NCBI GenBank assembly: GCA_001599295.1
Contig: BCGN01000010.1
Coordinates: 248,001-312,000 of the forward strand
Source: Sporopachydermia quercuum
Lineage: Eukaryota
DNA length: 64,000 nucleotides
Direction of reading: 5' to 3'
Part shown: in pieces, positions 12,379-23,514 of the stretch
Numbering within the stretch: position 1 is the stretch's first letter
Layout: each line of letters opens with the position of its first letter
The notes under the pieces: model-generated
The model's input: the letters and a program-made list of their open reading frames with translations, nothing else
What the model was told of the DNA's origin: nothing
Database searches by the model: none
Program-made: the position numbers and the translations under genes

Positions 12379-13866
12379 AAAGGACCTGATATNGATATGG
12401 AGTATANATAAGGGTACATAACGAAGGATATAGGACTGGATGCTTTATACACTATTGGTATGATATATTTGGCCATCAAAAGTTCAGTGGGTGCCAGAGA
12501 ACCCCACATTTGAGGTTGGCTGTGCATTGTTCAGAGAAAATAGTATAAATAGTGTCAGTCACAGCCTTTAAGGACTACTGGTAGAAACAGATCAACTGCT
12601 ATGGATAGCCGCTTGTTGATGAGAGGTATATTGGCGTCTTTGCCAAAGACATTGTATGGCAACATCATATGCACTTTGCAGCATACCTGAAGTCCGTTGG
12701 TATCGTATTGTCATTGACATCCTCCTGGAAGTAACCGATTTGGTGGGTTTAAAGTACCAAATGAACAATGACGACCCGGCATCTTTGATCATGCAGCGGA
12801 TAGATTGTGATCGGAGGACATCTTTCTATCAAAGTCCTCTATAGAATTCTATCAATCATTAGTAAAAAGCATAGTTATTACTTATATCGTTCTCAATGAA
12901 ATATGAACTAGGATTATCAAACATTGTAGATCTACAGCCATTGAAGGAAAGAACATGTAAAAGCTTTTTTTCTGCAGTAGGCTTCCAATAGTAAAATCTA
13001 TTTCACACTTAATAATGAAACAATTTCCAGTATTAAATTCCATGGATTCCATGATAATTTGCGGAAGATCTTTCGATCAATTGATGAATTACCGGAAGAA
13101 AGTAAGAGAGACCCCTTGTAAGGCTGATCTAAATCCAATGTCAATGATTATGTAATCATAACCTCTNTTAATATCTGATCCAATATCCTGTTTTTGTGTT
13201 GTGGAAACAAATTAATTCTAATCTCGGGATATTCCCCCTNTCTTTTATTATTTTTTCCGCTATTCTACACGTTCATGGATATAACCTCTGATATAAAACT
13301 TACTATTTCCGTTATCCTGAACATAATCTCCGATATGGCTCATCTCAAAGCCAAATTTCACTAACGCTCTAGCTGTTCTTCTGACTATTCATACAATCTC
13401 ATGCTAATTCCTACTAATAATATACTTTCAAAGCCATAAATGCATCTAAACAGCTCAATGTGTATGTATAGCGGCAACGGGACGTACCAGAAAGCTTGTA
13501 ACCGTCTGTGTTTGTATCAAGCAGATCACCATTTCATGTCAGCTAGCCATTCCTTGACATTATCAGTATCATCAGTAGCTATCGCTTACCACCATTAACT
13601 GGTAGAATTACTAAACTTCCAGCTATCTTGACGGCGTTTGGAAACCTATTGAAAGTTTTCTGCTTGTTTTTGCAGCATTTATACTTCATTCACTAGTAAA
13701 TTGGCTCAGTTCACCATTGCTTATATGATGATGTAATACTCACCAGTATCTCTAGTCAACTATCATCATCACTAACACTAAATCAATTGCTAGAGGGAAT
13801 CCACAGGAAAACCCAAATGTTGGCTGCAGTAATCTGGAACTCAACTTAACTGCAAAAGCTTTAACG

Positions 13867-16137
13867 ATGGCGTATCTCGGCTCTCATTCTGCCATACTTT
13901 TGGGCTGCACTGTAGGAATCTTCTCCTCAATGGCCCAATCTATAGGTCTTACTCTACAGCGCAAATCACATGTGATAGACTCAAGTCTGCCTATATCTCA
14001 ACAGAAACCTCCTTATAGAAGAACAATGTGGAGATTGGGTGTTGTTCTGTTCATTCTAGCAAACGTTTTTGGCAGCAGCATTCAAATATCCACCTTACCT
14101 CTGGTGATATTATCTCCTTTGCAGGCAGTAGGGCTGATGTTCAACTCGATTTGCTCAGCTGTGCTGCTAAATGAACCTTTCACGTTTTTCTCCGGGGTTG
14201 GTACCGTTTTGGTTGTTTTGGGCGCATTTCTCATTGCGTTTTATGGTACCGTGGCCGAGCCATCGCATAATCTCAACGAGCTGCTGCTACTGCTACGGCG
14301 GAGGATATTCGTGCTATGGTTTGTTTCTACGCTGGAGATAGTTTTCGTTCTTGCAGTGCTAGCAAAATGGCTGCATTGTATATNCGATAGTGAAGGCAAG
14401 CTACGGGAACGTGTTCGGCAGGTTTTCGGTGGGGTTTCGCGGTCAAGAGGGGCCCCAGAATCGACTGGGGATCCCGCAAGGGGAACCACGTATGGGAACA
14501 CTTATAGAACGTTTTCTGGTACAGGCGCTGCGCCTAACGATAACCCCACGACGCCAAAGACACCCGTGTCCAACAAATTTGCCTTCCAGAACGCAACTCC
14601 TATAGCCCCGGCCAGAAACTTCCCTGCCACAACGAATCTCACGCATGTTAAAGCAGCTGTCCCGCAGAACAAACGCAACTTGATAAAAGGTGTCATCTAC
14701 GGAATCATCTCGGGAATTCTTTCTGCTCATTCCCTGCTAATGGCCAAATCAGCAGTTGAAATTATCGTTCGCATTCTCTTTGATACCTCCGCTTCCCCTA
14801 CAGAACAGAACTTTTACAGCAGTCTACAGTGGAAACTACAGGAATGCGCCTTGAAAAGAGCTCTCACAACGCCAGGAAGATACAATGATCTCTTCCATTG
14901 GCAGAGCTATCTAATAGTATGCATGTTTCTAGTGCTGGCAGTGCTACAGCTATTCTATCTGAACAAAGGTCTGCATCTCTGCTCAACATCTGTGCTCTAT
15001 CCACTAGTATTCTGTGTATATAACGTAACGAACATTGTTAACAGCTTGATATATTTCGACCAGATCTCTAGTCTCAGTCCGGCGCAGGTTCTGTTCGTTG
15101 TACTGGGAACGCTCCTGGTGTTGATTGGAGTTTTGGCACTGTCATGGAGACTGGGATTGGATGGTAATATCAGCGGCAGCACAGGCATTAATACAGGTTA
15201 TGGTGGCAACAGCTACGGTACCAGCCAGGAAGATTCAAATACTAATAGCAGCAATAGAAACACGAGAAGCGCATTTATCAAACGTCTGGTGAAAATGAAG
15301 TCGCCAGTGGCAGCAAAAGACCATAGAAAGCAACCAAGCGAAGACGAAGCCTTGCTGTTGTCATCGTCAACATCGACGTCTTTGAAAGGGCTCAAGTCTC
15401 CGAACTCACCAGAACTGGATTTTGGCTTCCATTATGGAGCTACTGGAAGTTCACAGCATATTATCAATAGCAGTGGCAGCCAAAATAGCCATGGCTTTGG
15501 TGATGGGGATGATGATACTGTTGATTCGCAATATGTAAGCTTCGGGTCTCCTACTGCTTTGGTACGCAGCTTTGGAGACAGGAGGCAGGAAGTCAGCCGG
15601 AATGACAATTCTCTCGCTGGGTTTTTGGCTGCGAATAACGGCAATAGGAATGGTGATAATAGGAACAGTTTTAATACTGAACTTGATTTTGGAAATACGA
15701 CACTCTCTTCGTTGCAGCCGTTTAAACTGGAAATATCAAATAGCGAGAATGGCTCCAATGGTACCAATAGTGCCAGTGGGTTTAAACTGGAAGGAATTAA
15801 TGCCGTTGATAGGAACAGAAGAGCCAATGATACCGGAACCTCTACTGACTATAATACCAGTATGAACAGCACTAACAGCATTAACAGCTTAAGTGGTAGT
15901 ACCAACACTAAATTCACCGACTCACCAGCTCACTTGGCTTCACTGACCCAAAGAGCTTATAAACCTGCTATGAGTTCAGTCCAACCTTTGCTCACAAGGC
16001 CAAGAAGGACGTTATCGTATGAACAAGCAGAGATATTGAATCAACTTCGTGGTTTAGAAACGGGCACCAGCATGAATACGAGTATGAGTATGAGTACCAA
16101 TGCAAGTACAAATATGAATACGAGCATGAATAGTTAA
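13867..16137 (+). CDS. NIPA/DUF803-family (DMT superfamily) putative Mg2+ transporter with long S/N-rich cytosolic tail
   Basis: QSIGLTLQRKSH, QISTLPLVILSPLQAVGLMFNS, SGILSAHSLLMAKSAVE, QLFYLNKGLHLCSTSVLYPLVFCVYN. Multiple TM segments. Confidence 0.8.
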   Translation: MAYLGSHSAILLGCTVGIFSSMAQSIGLTLQRKSHVIDSSLPISQQKPPYRRTMWRLGVVLFILANVFGSSIQISTLPLVILSPLQAVGLMFNSICSAVLLNEPFTFFSGVGTVLVVLGAFLIAFYGTVAEPSHNLNELLLLLRRRIFVLWFVSTLEIVFVLAVLAKWLHCIXDSEGKLRERVRQVFGGVSRSRGAPESTGDPARGTTYGNTYRTFSGTGAAPNDNPTTPKTPVSNKFAFQNATPIAPARNFPATTNLTHVKAAVPQNKRNLIKGVIYGIISGILSAHSLLMAKSAVEIIVRILFDTSASPTEQNFYSSLQWKLQECALKRALTTPGRYNDLFHWQSYLIVCMFLVLAVLQLFYLNKGLHLCSTSVLYPLVFCVYNVTNIVNSLIYFDQISSLSPAQVLFVVLGTLLVLIGVLALSWRLGLDGNISGSTGINTGYGGNSYGTSQEDSNTNSSNRNTRSAFIKRLVKMKSPVAAKDHRKQPSEDEALLLSSSTSTSLKGLKSPNSPELDFGFHYGATGSSQHIINSSGSQNSHGFGDGDDDTVDSQYVSFGSPTALVRSFGDRRQEVSRNDNSLAGFLAANNGNRNGDNRNSFNTELDFGNTTLSSLQPFKLEISNSENGSNGTNSASGFKLEGINAVDRNRRANDTGTSTDYNTSMNSTNSINSLSGSTNTKFTDSPAHLASLTQRAYKPAMSSVQPLLTRPRRTLSYEQAEILNQLRGLETGTSMNTSMSMSTNASTNMNTSMNS

Positions 16138-16153
16138 ACAAAAGAGCAAAAGA

Positions 16154-16183
16154 GCCACGAGCCGCCACGAGCCGCCACGAGCC
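16154..16183 (+). repeat. Tandem repeat (GCCACGAGCC)x3
   Basis: Three perfect 10-nt units, directly visible 17 nt after the NIPA-gene stop codon. Confidence 0.9.
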
Positions 16184-16566
16184 AAGAATGGATAACAGCC
16201 AGGCGTGATATACATTATTTATTATTCTATTATATATTCTATTTACATGGTTGAATCTTATAATATCAAAATCCTATTGTATAGTACGAAAGGTGGGACA
16301 TAACAGAAGAAAGAAATAATACTTCAACCAAAGATATCTTATACTGTGATTGTTATCAATGATAAATGTATACTCCTATTTATTATTAAGATATGGTATA
16401 TGATTGTTATCCACTAAGGATATACATAAGGACTCTATATTCTAAGGAATGAATTAGCAGCAGAAGCTGTGTAATTATGCAAAGTGTAAGTTAACTATAA
16501 GAACAGGTCATTAGAATAAGAATACTGAAGATGCTCAAATCTGAGCCCTGCTAATGCGTCTACTAC

Positions 16567-17803
16567 TCATTTTTCCTCATCACTTTCGATCTCATAAGCA
16601 TTGAAGCCTCCTAGCAGCAATGCTGGCTCTTTAATGCTTCTATGCTCATAACTCAAGATTCCTACTCCCCCAGGGTTCAAAATAAAGTGCGGATGGTCAT
16701 TTATTTCGTTGCCAGTCCATCTCCTGGCTAGAGCTCTTAGAATATGGCCATGCGCTACCACTAATACATCACAAGGTTTATCGTTCTTTAAAGCTTCAGC
16801 ATGAATTGCTTTCACCTTGCTGATAAATCTATCAAGTCTCTCGGTAACAGCTAAATAGTTTTCGCCGTTTTCACAACCATCACGCCAGATATTCCAAGGG
16901 TTTGATGGGGAATTCAAGCCTTTGTCGTTACGGATTGTTCTGATTTGGTGAGTCAGAAGGCCTTCATAATCACCATATTTCCATTCAGTTATATCTTCGT
17001 CAGTGATAATNTTGATCTTGCTTAGAAGTTGCGGACTATTCTTCAGCCTTGCCAAGATAACATCGGCAGTTTGCTGGGCTCTGAGAAGAGGGGACACGAA
17101 AACATGGGTAAGATCGTTTGGATTGATTAAGGATAAATGGTGATCTGTGTCTGCAGAAGATAAGAGGAAAATGGCGGTAGAACGAGTCAACCGGAAGCCG
17201 GATTTGAGCAATGGGAGGTCAGTTGTAGATGTGTATTGGCCTGATTTTGACCATTCTGTTTCGCTAGGGAAATGTTAGTATTTGGTTTTGAAGTCCTGGA
17301 GCGTAGGGCGGAGCTTATAGATAAGTGAAGATAAGTAATTAAAAGCCGAATAAAGGATGCTATGGTTATTTTGGTAAAAGATGATAAGATATGTAATGAG
17401 TTTTCAGGTTTTCTAGTGCTTTCCAGGACTACTACCTCGCATTGTGTTACATTTGATATGTACAGCTCATGGCTAATTGTTCCATTGATATCCTGGGTGC
17501 AATATTTAATACTAAAGATATTCCTGGAACAATCCCGGAGGGATCCTGGAAAAGTACCCTGTGTTTTATTCGCATTGATGATAGGTCCGAATTGCTCTTC
17601 AGCAAGAAATCAAGCAGCCATAGACTGGTAAATGCCGCCAGAATACTCTCTGTTGGTCGTACCACTGAGGAAGGCCTTACCAGTGTCTAGTCTGCTATCA
17701 TACTTCATTTTATCAAATAATAATCAAAACTGAATTCTTAGATTTCCACATACCCATGGCGAACAAAAATAAGTCTTGGGGTAGGTGATTTTCCTGTTGT
17801 CAT
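16567..17803 (-). CDS. SHB17: Sedoheptulose-1,7-bisphosphatase (histidine phosphatase/PGM family); 1 long intron
   Basis: Exon 1 is 17803-17754 (MTTGKSPTPRLIFVRHG), intron 17753-17264 (GTATGT..TACTAAC..TAG, 490 nt), exon 2 17263-16567 (ETEWSKSGQYTSTTDLPL..EWKYGDYEGLLT..WNIWRDGCENGE..VVAHGHILR). About 248 aa. Confidence 0.9.
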
Positions 17804-19134
17804 TGTAAAATCAGGAAGAGTGAATAGATAGATACTAACTGAGAAGCTATAAGAAATAGAGATTGATTGCTCGAGGACAGATCATCTAATTGACAATGGT
17901 TAAGAGTTAAAGTGGAAGATCTGGTAGTTGAATAGTGAAATAGAGTATCAGCTGGTAGTAAAACTGATGCTGAATTGTTCGATGAGTTGTAAAAAATTCA
18001 GGATCCTAAGGGAATCTAACCCAGCAGGCTGAAACTTGGCTGTAAGTATGTATTTTTCCGAGAGATAATATGCATGTGAAATGGAAGCTACTAAGGTTAA
18101 TAATGTTTGGCAGCATAGTGTGATTTAAGGTTATAGTTTGGAGCTAGTGGAAAAATGAAAGTGAAGGTCGCGAATATTACATCAATTGATCAATTAGGAG
18201 GAACAATAGAGAGGGATCAAGGCATTAATTGATTATTGTAGCATTAATTCTCAATTGGGTAGCATACAAGTTGGGAGGTATGTGTAAACATTGAGAGTGA
18301 AGCTCACCTGTGTGATTTACATCAGTGTCTTTTCGTCTTTCTTTTTCTGTTTCCAATATGAGAGCGTTANTATTAGCCTATATATTTGTATAGTTGTTTG
18401 ATCTGTTGTCTGATGCTTATTCAGTCAAAAAGTGATTGGAAAGTGATTAGAAGATGAGGAAAATGTTTACGATTATGTAATCATAAAAGCTCTTTACAAT
18501 GTAGTTGCATGCTTGGTGCANATTATGAATGCCACTTATGCGTAACATTTAATTACTATCCNACCGCCAGTTAATCAAATGATCCCTAGCATCTAGCTAC
18601 AGAAACGGGTTGCTGTTAGTAGCAAGAGTCTGGATAGTTTATTTTTTCCCTCAAATCTCAATTCTAGCTGTCTAGTTCAACTATCCAATCACCCAATATC
18701 TATTTTCCCTTTTGCACAACTTTCTGCATGGTAATGCACGCCTTATTCTCTTGCATACGACCCAGCAAACTGACAGCGGAAAGAGGAAAAGGGGAATTTC
18801 AACCTCAAAGAAAGAAAAGATCAAATCAACTATCGAATACACTAACATTATCTTTTTATTCGTATTGAATCATCATTCTATATGACATCAAAGGCTAATT
18901 TGTATTGGCTGTTATTCTTCAACAGGATTCGGTTAATTCAAGAGGGTCTTTTGGTGAGAACTGTCGATAGTTAACAAGAAACCAGTAGTGTGACGTGACA
19001 CACAAATTAGTGAAACAATTATGAGCCATTGAATAGTAACTCACCTGAACTCAATAATTGAATCAACAGCTATCAAGAGAACAGCCAATCGGCAACTCAT
19101 CAGCACATATTAACCTAATATTCAATAATCCACC

Positions 19135-20463
19135 ATGCCGTCGCCCATTGTTGAAAAACTGAAGAGAGATAAAAGGTACCAGGCAGGTGGAATACTCACC
19201 ATTATAGTGTTCCTACTTTATCTGGTGAATCCCTTTGGATCAAAGAGTTCTTCGTACAATGATAGCTCTGATTTCAATGGCTTGCTTACTGGGGCTGTAA
19301 ATACAAGGAAGATTCTCAATTTGATCAATCCCCCACCTGGTTTGGAGCTGGAATCACCTATTGGTAAAGCAGAAGTTATTACTCATAGTTTCCACAATCC
19401 ATTTATCACTTCACAGCTGCATAATAAATGGTTTGACTTTGGTGGTGATGTGATTGTTCGTAATGATAGATACATTAGACTTACTAGCGACATGCCAGGT
19501 CAGCGTGGTTGGATATATTCACGACTACCTTTGACACAGCAATCGTTTGTCATAGAAGCAACAATTGATATCCATGGTAAAGCAGAAGGCCTGTACGGTG
19601 ATGGTATGGCTTTCTGGCTTACTAAGGATCGATTAGAATCTGGTGATGCTTTCGGTTTGGACCCGATTTTCGAAGGGTTAGGTATTTTCATTGATACGTA
19701 TAAAAATGGTGCAGTAGGACAAGTATTCCCTTTCATTATGGCAATGGTTGGTGATGGTAAAACTCCTTACGATAAGGATCATGATGGCAAAGCAAATAAA
19801 ATCCATCAAGGTAGTTGCAGTGCTAGAAAACTCCATAACTTACAAACTGGGCCTGCAAAGATCAGAATCACTTATGTTAAGAGCGGATTTTTAGCTGTTG
19901 ATACTAATTTTGAGAATGGAAATCCTCATGAATGGAAGCAATGTTTTGTTATTGATAACGTGGAATTACCATTGATCAGATATCTTGGTGTTTCTGCCCA
20001 AACTGGCCAATTACATGAAAACCATGATTTAATAGAATTATCAACGTATGGACTATATGGCCCTAACGGTCAGGGCATTGCATCTGTTGACGAGTTTTAT
20101 GCAAATGATGAAAAGAGTGGCAGTAGTAGCGATACTGACGATAAAAGCACAGGAGGAAGTTACAGAAGAAGAAGAAGAAATAGAAGAAAATCAGCCGTGG
20201 ATACCGATGATTCTATTGAGGACGATCGTCCTTCCAAAGGGTCGTCAAGGTTAAGGAAAGCAGAGAAACGAGCGAAGGAGAGAACAGCGAAGGAAAAGCA
20301 ACTACAGCGTGAAAAGTGGACAAAGGTTACTAAGAAAGGTGGCTCTTGGTTATGGTTTTTCTTTAAATGGACTTTGGTAATAGGAGCTCTTTATGCTGGT
20401 TTTACTTTCTATCGTATGCGGAGAAGAAATCAAGATGATAAAAAGTATGGGCTTGGTATTTGA
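19135..20463 (+). CDS. Legume-like (L-type) lectin membrane protein, VIP36/Emp47 family; probable UIP5 orthologue by position
   Basis: WFDFGGDVIVRNDRYIRLTSD, YGDGMAFWLT, FEGLGIFIDTYKN, YLGVSAQTGQLHENHD. N-terminal and C-terminal TM segments. Divergent from SHB17, as UIP5 is in S. cerevisiae. Confidence 0.85.
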   Translation: MPSPIVEKLKRDKRYQAGGILTIIVFLLYLVNPFGSKSSSYNDSSDFNGLLTGAVNTRKILNLINPPPGLELESPIGKAEVITHSFHNPFITSQLHNKWFDFGGDVIVRNDRYIRLTSDMPGQRGWIYSRLPLTQQSFVIEATIDIHGKAEGLYGDGMAFWLTKDRLESGDAFGLDPIFEGLGIFIDTYKNGAVGQVFPFIMAMVGDGKTPYDKDHDGKANKIHQGSCSARKLHNLQTGPAKIRITYVKSGFLAVDTNFENGNPHEWKQCFVIDNVELPLIRYLGVSAQTGQLHENHDLIELSTYGLYGPNGQGIASVDEFYANDEKSGSSSDTDDKSTGGSYRRRRRNRRKSAVDTDDSIEDDRPSKGSSRLRKAEKRAKERTAKEKQLQREKWTKVTKKGGSWLWFFFKWTLVIGALYAGFTFYRMRRRNQDDKKYGLGI

Positions 20464-21015
20464 GTAATGATTAACGATAGGCAGCACCTTGAACGGAGAT
20501 ATGTTTAGTACAGCTCAGTTGTTGATTACTCATTGTTCCTTCTCTCTTTAAATGTTTATTTATTTCATTTATTTACTATTCTGTTACTAATCTAACAGTT
20601 ATACACTGTGTAATCATATATCATTTTTCCTCTATCATATATACAAAACAATGGAGTAAATCAAACTAAATTACATATCTGGAAATAGCAGTTCAAGACC
20701 GAAGTATAAGATATATTTAGCTTGTTAGTGCGGTAGTAATAAAATGTACTAAAATATTAGTGTATATAAAAAACCCAATAAGAATAGGAATATTAAATTA
20801 AAATTAAGAAACAGAAGAGCGATATTCTCATGAATTACAAGATGATAAGCTATCGAGTTTCTGTCAATAAATAGATAAATAAGTAATTAAATAAGTGCTT
20901 GAATAATCTTCCAAAATCATAACAATAGCCATAAACAAAATAGTAATAGTAAGNGTTCAACAAATCCACGAATTGCTGTTGATATAGTACATCGCGTTTT
21001 TCATCAGGTATTAGC

Positions 21016-21921
21016 TTATTTGTTCTTTGATTTTAAATCAATACGTTTATTCCAAACTTGTTTTCTAACATCAAAGAACTGAGACGCAAATGTTTTACGT
21101 AACTTATCTTCTCTAACTAATCTGAATCCCTTTCCCTTCAAATCCTTTATGAAAGGCTTTTCAAAATTGTTGCATTCAATTGATATGGAAGCGTAGTTGG
21201 TTTTCTTCTTCTTAGCTTGTAATGTTACCTTTTCAATGGCCCACTGTAATAAATCACTTCTAATACCTGATCTTATATAAACAGGTATAACACCACAACC
21301 AGTAATTAGCACTTTATATACATCATTGGCATGAGCTTCAGCTTTGAAGTCTCTATCAAAAAAGATATTTCGTTCTTTGTTTAAATCTTGGTAATAGATT
21401 TTAAGATTTTTCTTCATTTCTTCAATGTCAATTGGTCTAATTGATACTGCAGCAATAACTTTTTCCTTGTATACAACAACTTCAGTATTGTTCAAAATCT
21501 TACTCAAATTCTCTTGATCGTCCAATTCCCCTTTAACAAATTGTGTTGCATCAAGGCCAAAGATTTCCTTGTTGTGTTCGTTAACAAGATTTGATGACTC
21601 CTTAGTAAGATAGTCGGAGGCTCTTCCAGCTAAAGAGATAATGGAAATAACAATAGCACCCGCAGAAAGTAGCCATGTGCCAGCGTTTCGAATGAAGGAT
21701 GTCCTGTCATTGTAAAGATTGTAGACGATATAACTAGCGAGAAGAGCAAATTGAGCTAAAGTGACTGGATGTCTAATGCAGTATCTGTTCAGCTCCCCTA
21801 TACGTTGACTGTAAGCACCACCAATTACTTCTACGGCATCTTTGACATTCTTCTTGGTTAACGTTTCGCCTCGAATGCCACTAGATTGTTCTAGTGTGAC
21901 TTTTTCTTCTTGCTTAGCCAT
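21016..21921 (-). CDS. PHO86: Pho86-like ER chaperone for phosphate transporter
   Basis: AYSQRIGELNRYCIRHP followed by two TM segments, NTEVVVYKEKVIA, and a degenerate GNAT-like ITGCGVIPVYIRSGIRSDLLQWA. Neighbourhood fits. Confidence 0.7.
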   Translation of the reverse strand: MAKQEEKVTLEQSSGIRGETLTKKNVKDAVEVIGGAYSQRIGELNRYCIRHPVTLAQFALLASYIVYNLYNDRTSFIRNAGTWLLSAGAIVISIISLAGRASDYLTKESSNLVNEHNKEIFGLDATQFVKGELDDQENLSKILNNTEVVVYKEKVIAAVSIRPIDIEEMKKNLKIYYQDLNKERNIFFDRDFKAEAHANDVYKVLITGCGVIPVYIRSGIRSDLLQWAIEKVTLQAKKKKTNYASISIECNNFEKPFIKDLKGKGFRLVREDKLRKTFASQFFDVRKQVWNKRIDLKSKNK

Positions 21922-22317
21922 AATTTAATAGCAAAAAACGTTGGTTGATGATATACAATAGTTCTTTTATGAACCAATTTGGTATCAAGGATGGTGACAA
22001 TTTCTTAGGTGAAAACGATGCTTGTAAAACAAGAAGAATAGAGTGTTTATGATAGAGCAAATCAAGATGTTTCATTAATACTTCAAAAGTTATTCAACGA
22101 GATATAAGACTTATTTTTTGGAAAGAAGCTAGTTAATATTACATCGTTCGTATATTAACTCGTCTCTTTCGCTGTTTAACGAGTTAAATAAAGGGTTGAT
22201 GAGTGAAAATAATGATAATGTGAAGTGGGTGAAAGAAAGTTTGAAAATTATGCAAGATTAGAGTGAAATCTAAAACGCCGCATAAACTTTGAATTTAGTA
22301 CTATGAGAAGGCCAACA

Positions 22318-22680
22318 CACGTGGAAAGCATTTCCCAATTAATGCTAAACCCATCACGTTTCATGCAAGGCTAAACGGTGGTGCATCGAGATGCAGAACA
22401 CACCTCATTTTGAGGAACGAAGAGTGATGGATAACATTAGAGCAAATTGTAAACGTTTTCTTGAATCAAACATAAAAATAGTACAACAAGTTTAGTCGTT
22501 GAAGATGGTTCTTCTTCAGGTCCAGCCATTTGGATATTCAGCTATTGGTGAAATGGTAAAAGTCTTCAATCTGTGTGTCATACGAGTTACAAAAGAGCTG
22601 CTGATTGATGCTTTATTATTAATGATTAAGTAATCAACAATAGTTCCTAGGCTGTCATTCTGGATTACATTGTCACGTGA
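22318..22680. promoter_or_regulatory. bHLH E-boxes upstream of PHO86-like gene (Pho4/Cbf1-type)
   Basis: CACGTGG at 22318, CACGTT at 22355, GTCACGTGA at 22672-22680. Confidence 0.4.
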
Positions 22681-23514
22681 GATAATTTTGGTTCTCTTGC
22701 TCTTTGTTCAGGAATGTCAGTTCGCTATCTTATCAATCATTTTACCCAAGGGAAAATATTCTGAAAAGAATTTGCGTAATCTATTATCTCAAAATTGGTC
22801 ATGAAGGTGCTCTGGTAATTATCAATAGCGTCCTATTCTCTGCCCTCCATTTATATGCTTCATCATCTGACTGTAGAAATAGTAATTACCTCTAGCTCCT
22901 GGTCAACGCTAAATAATAGACGCATCAAACTTGCCAGGAATAATTTATGCATAGATTTAGCATGATATGAAACTATGGATTTCAGAATCCGATTTAACCA
23001 AATTTTAGTTCAGTCCTTGCTTAAGGCCCAGGGGGATTCTATCACCGAAGAGATTTGGTTCAACTCGACGTGTGGGGAATTAAGCTAAGATAAACTGTAC
23101 CTAAGGTTAGATTAAAGTTTAACCGATAGTTGTTTCATTAAGAAGTTGAAATTTTAAACTTTCAAACTTCTTATTTTTAGTGAGATCTCTCTTTGCTTAT
23201 TTGTTCTTCATGGAAGATTGATAGATAATGATTAGATGTGGTTGCATCGCAAACCATCAATTGTCCTCATTATAAACAATTGAGGTCGGTTTCAATAATG
23301 AATATCAAATCTGAAGGTATTCGATAAAATCTAAGTGAATAGGGTATTTGGNAGGATCAATATCTACATCCATCTATTGTAAGAAATTGTGTTATTGAAG
23401 CACAGTTTGCTGGCGCAGCTTCAGTTAGAACCCATACAGCCATAACTCATACATTTCTTACACTTCTACTGCAATATTGTTTACATCATATCATAAAATA
23501 ATACATTTAAATCA

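Noticed and set aside
12592..12844. Overlapping short ORFs in a slightly GC-richer patch; possible gene relic
   Set aside because: No recognisable domain in the frames I translated and no splice model.
17264..17753. TPP riboswitch or canonical snoRNA in the SHB17 intron
   Set aside because: No CUGAGA/AUACC..GAUAA..GCG TPP core and no properly placed C/D or H/ACA boxes by eye. Kept only as an unexplained structure.
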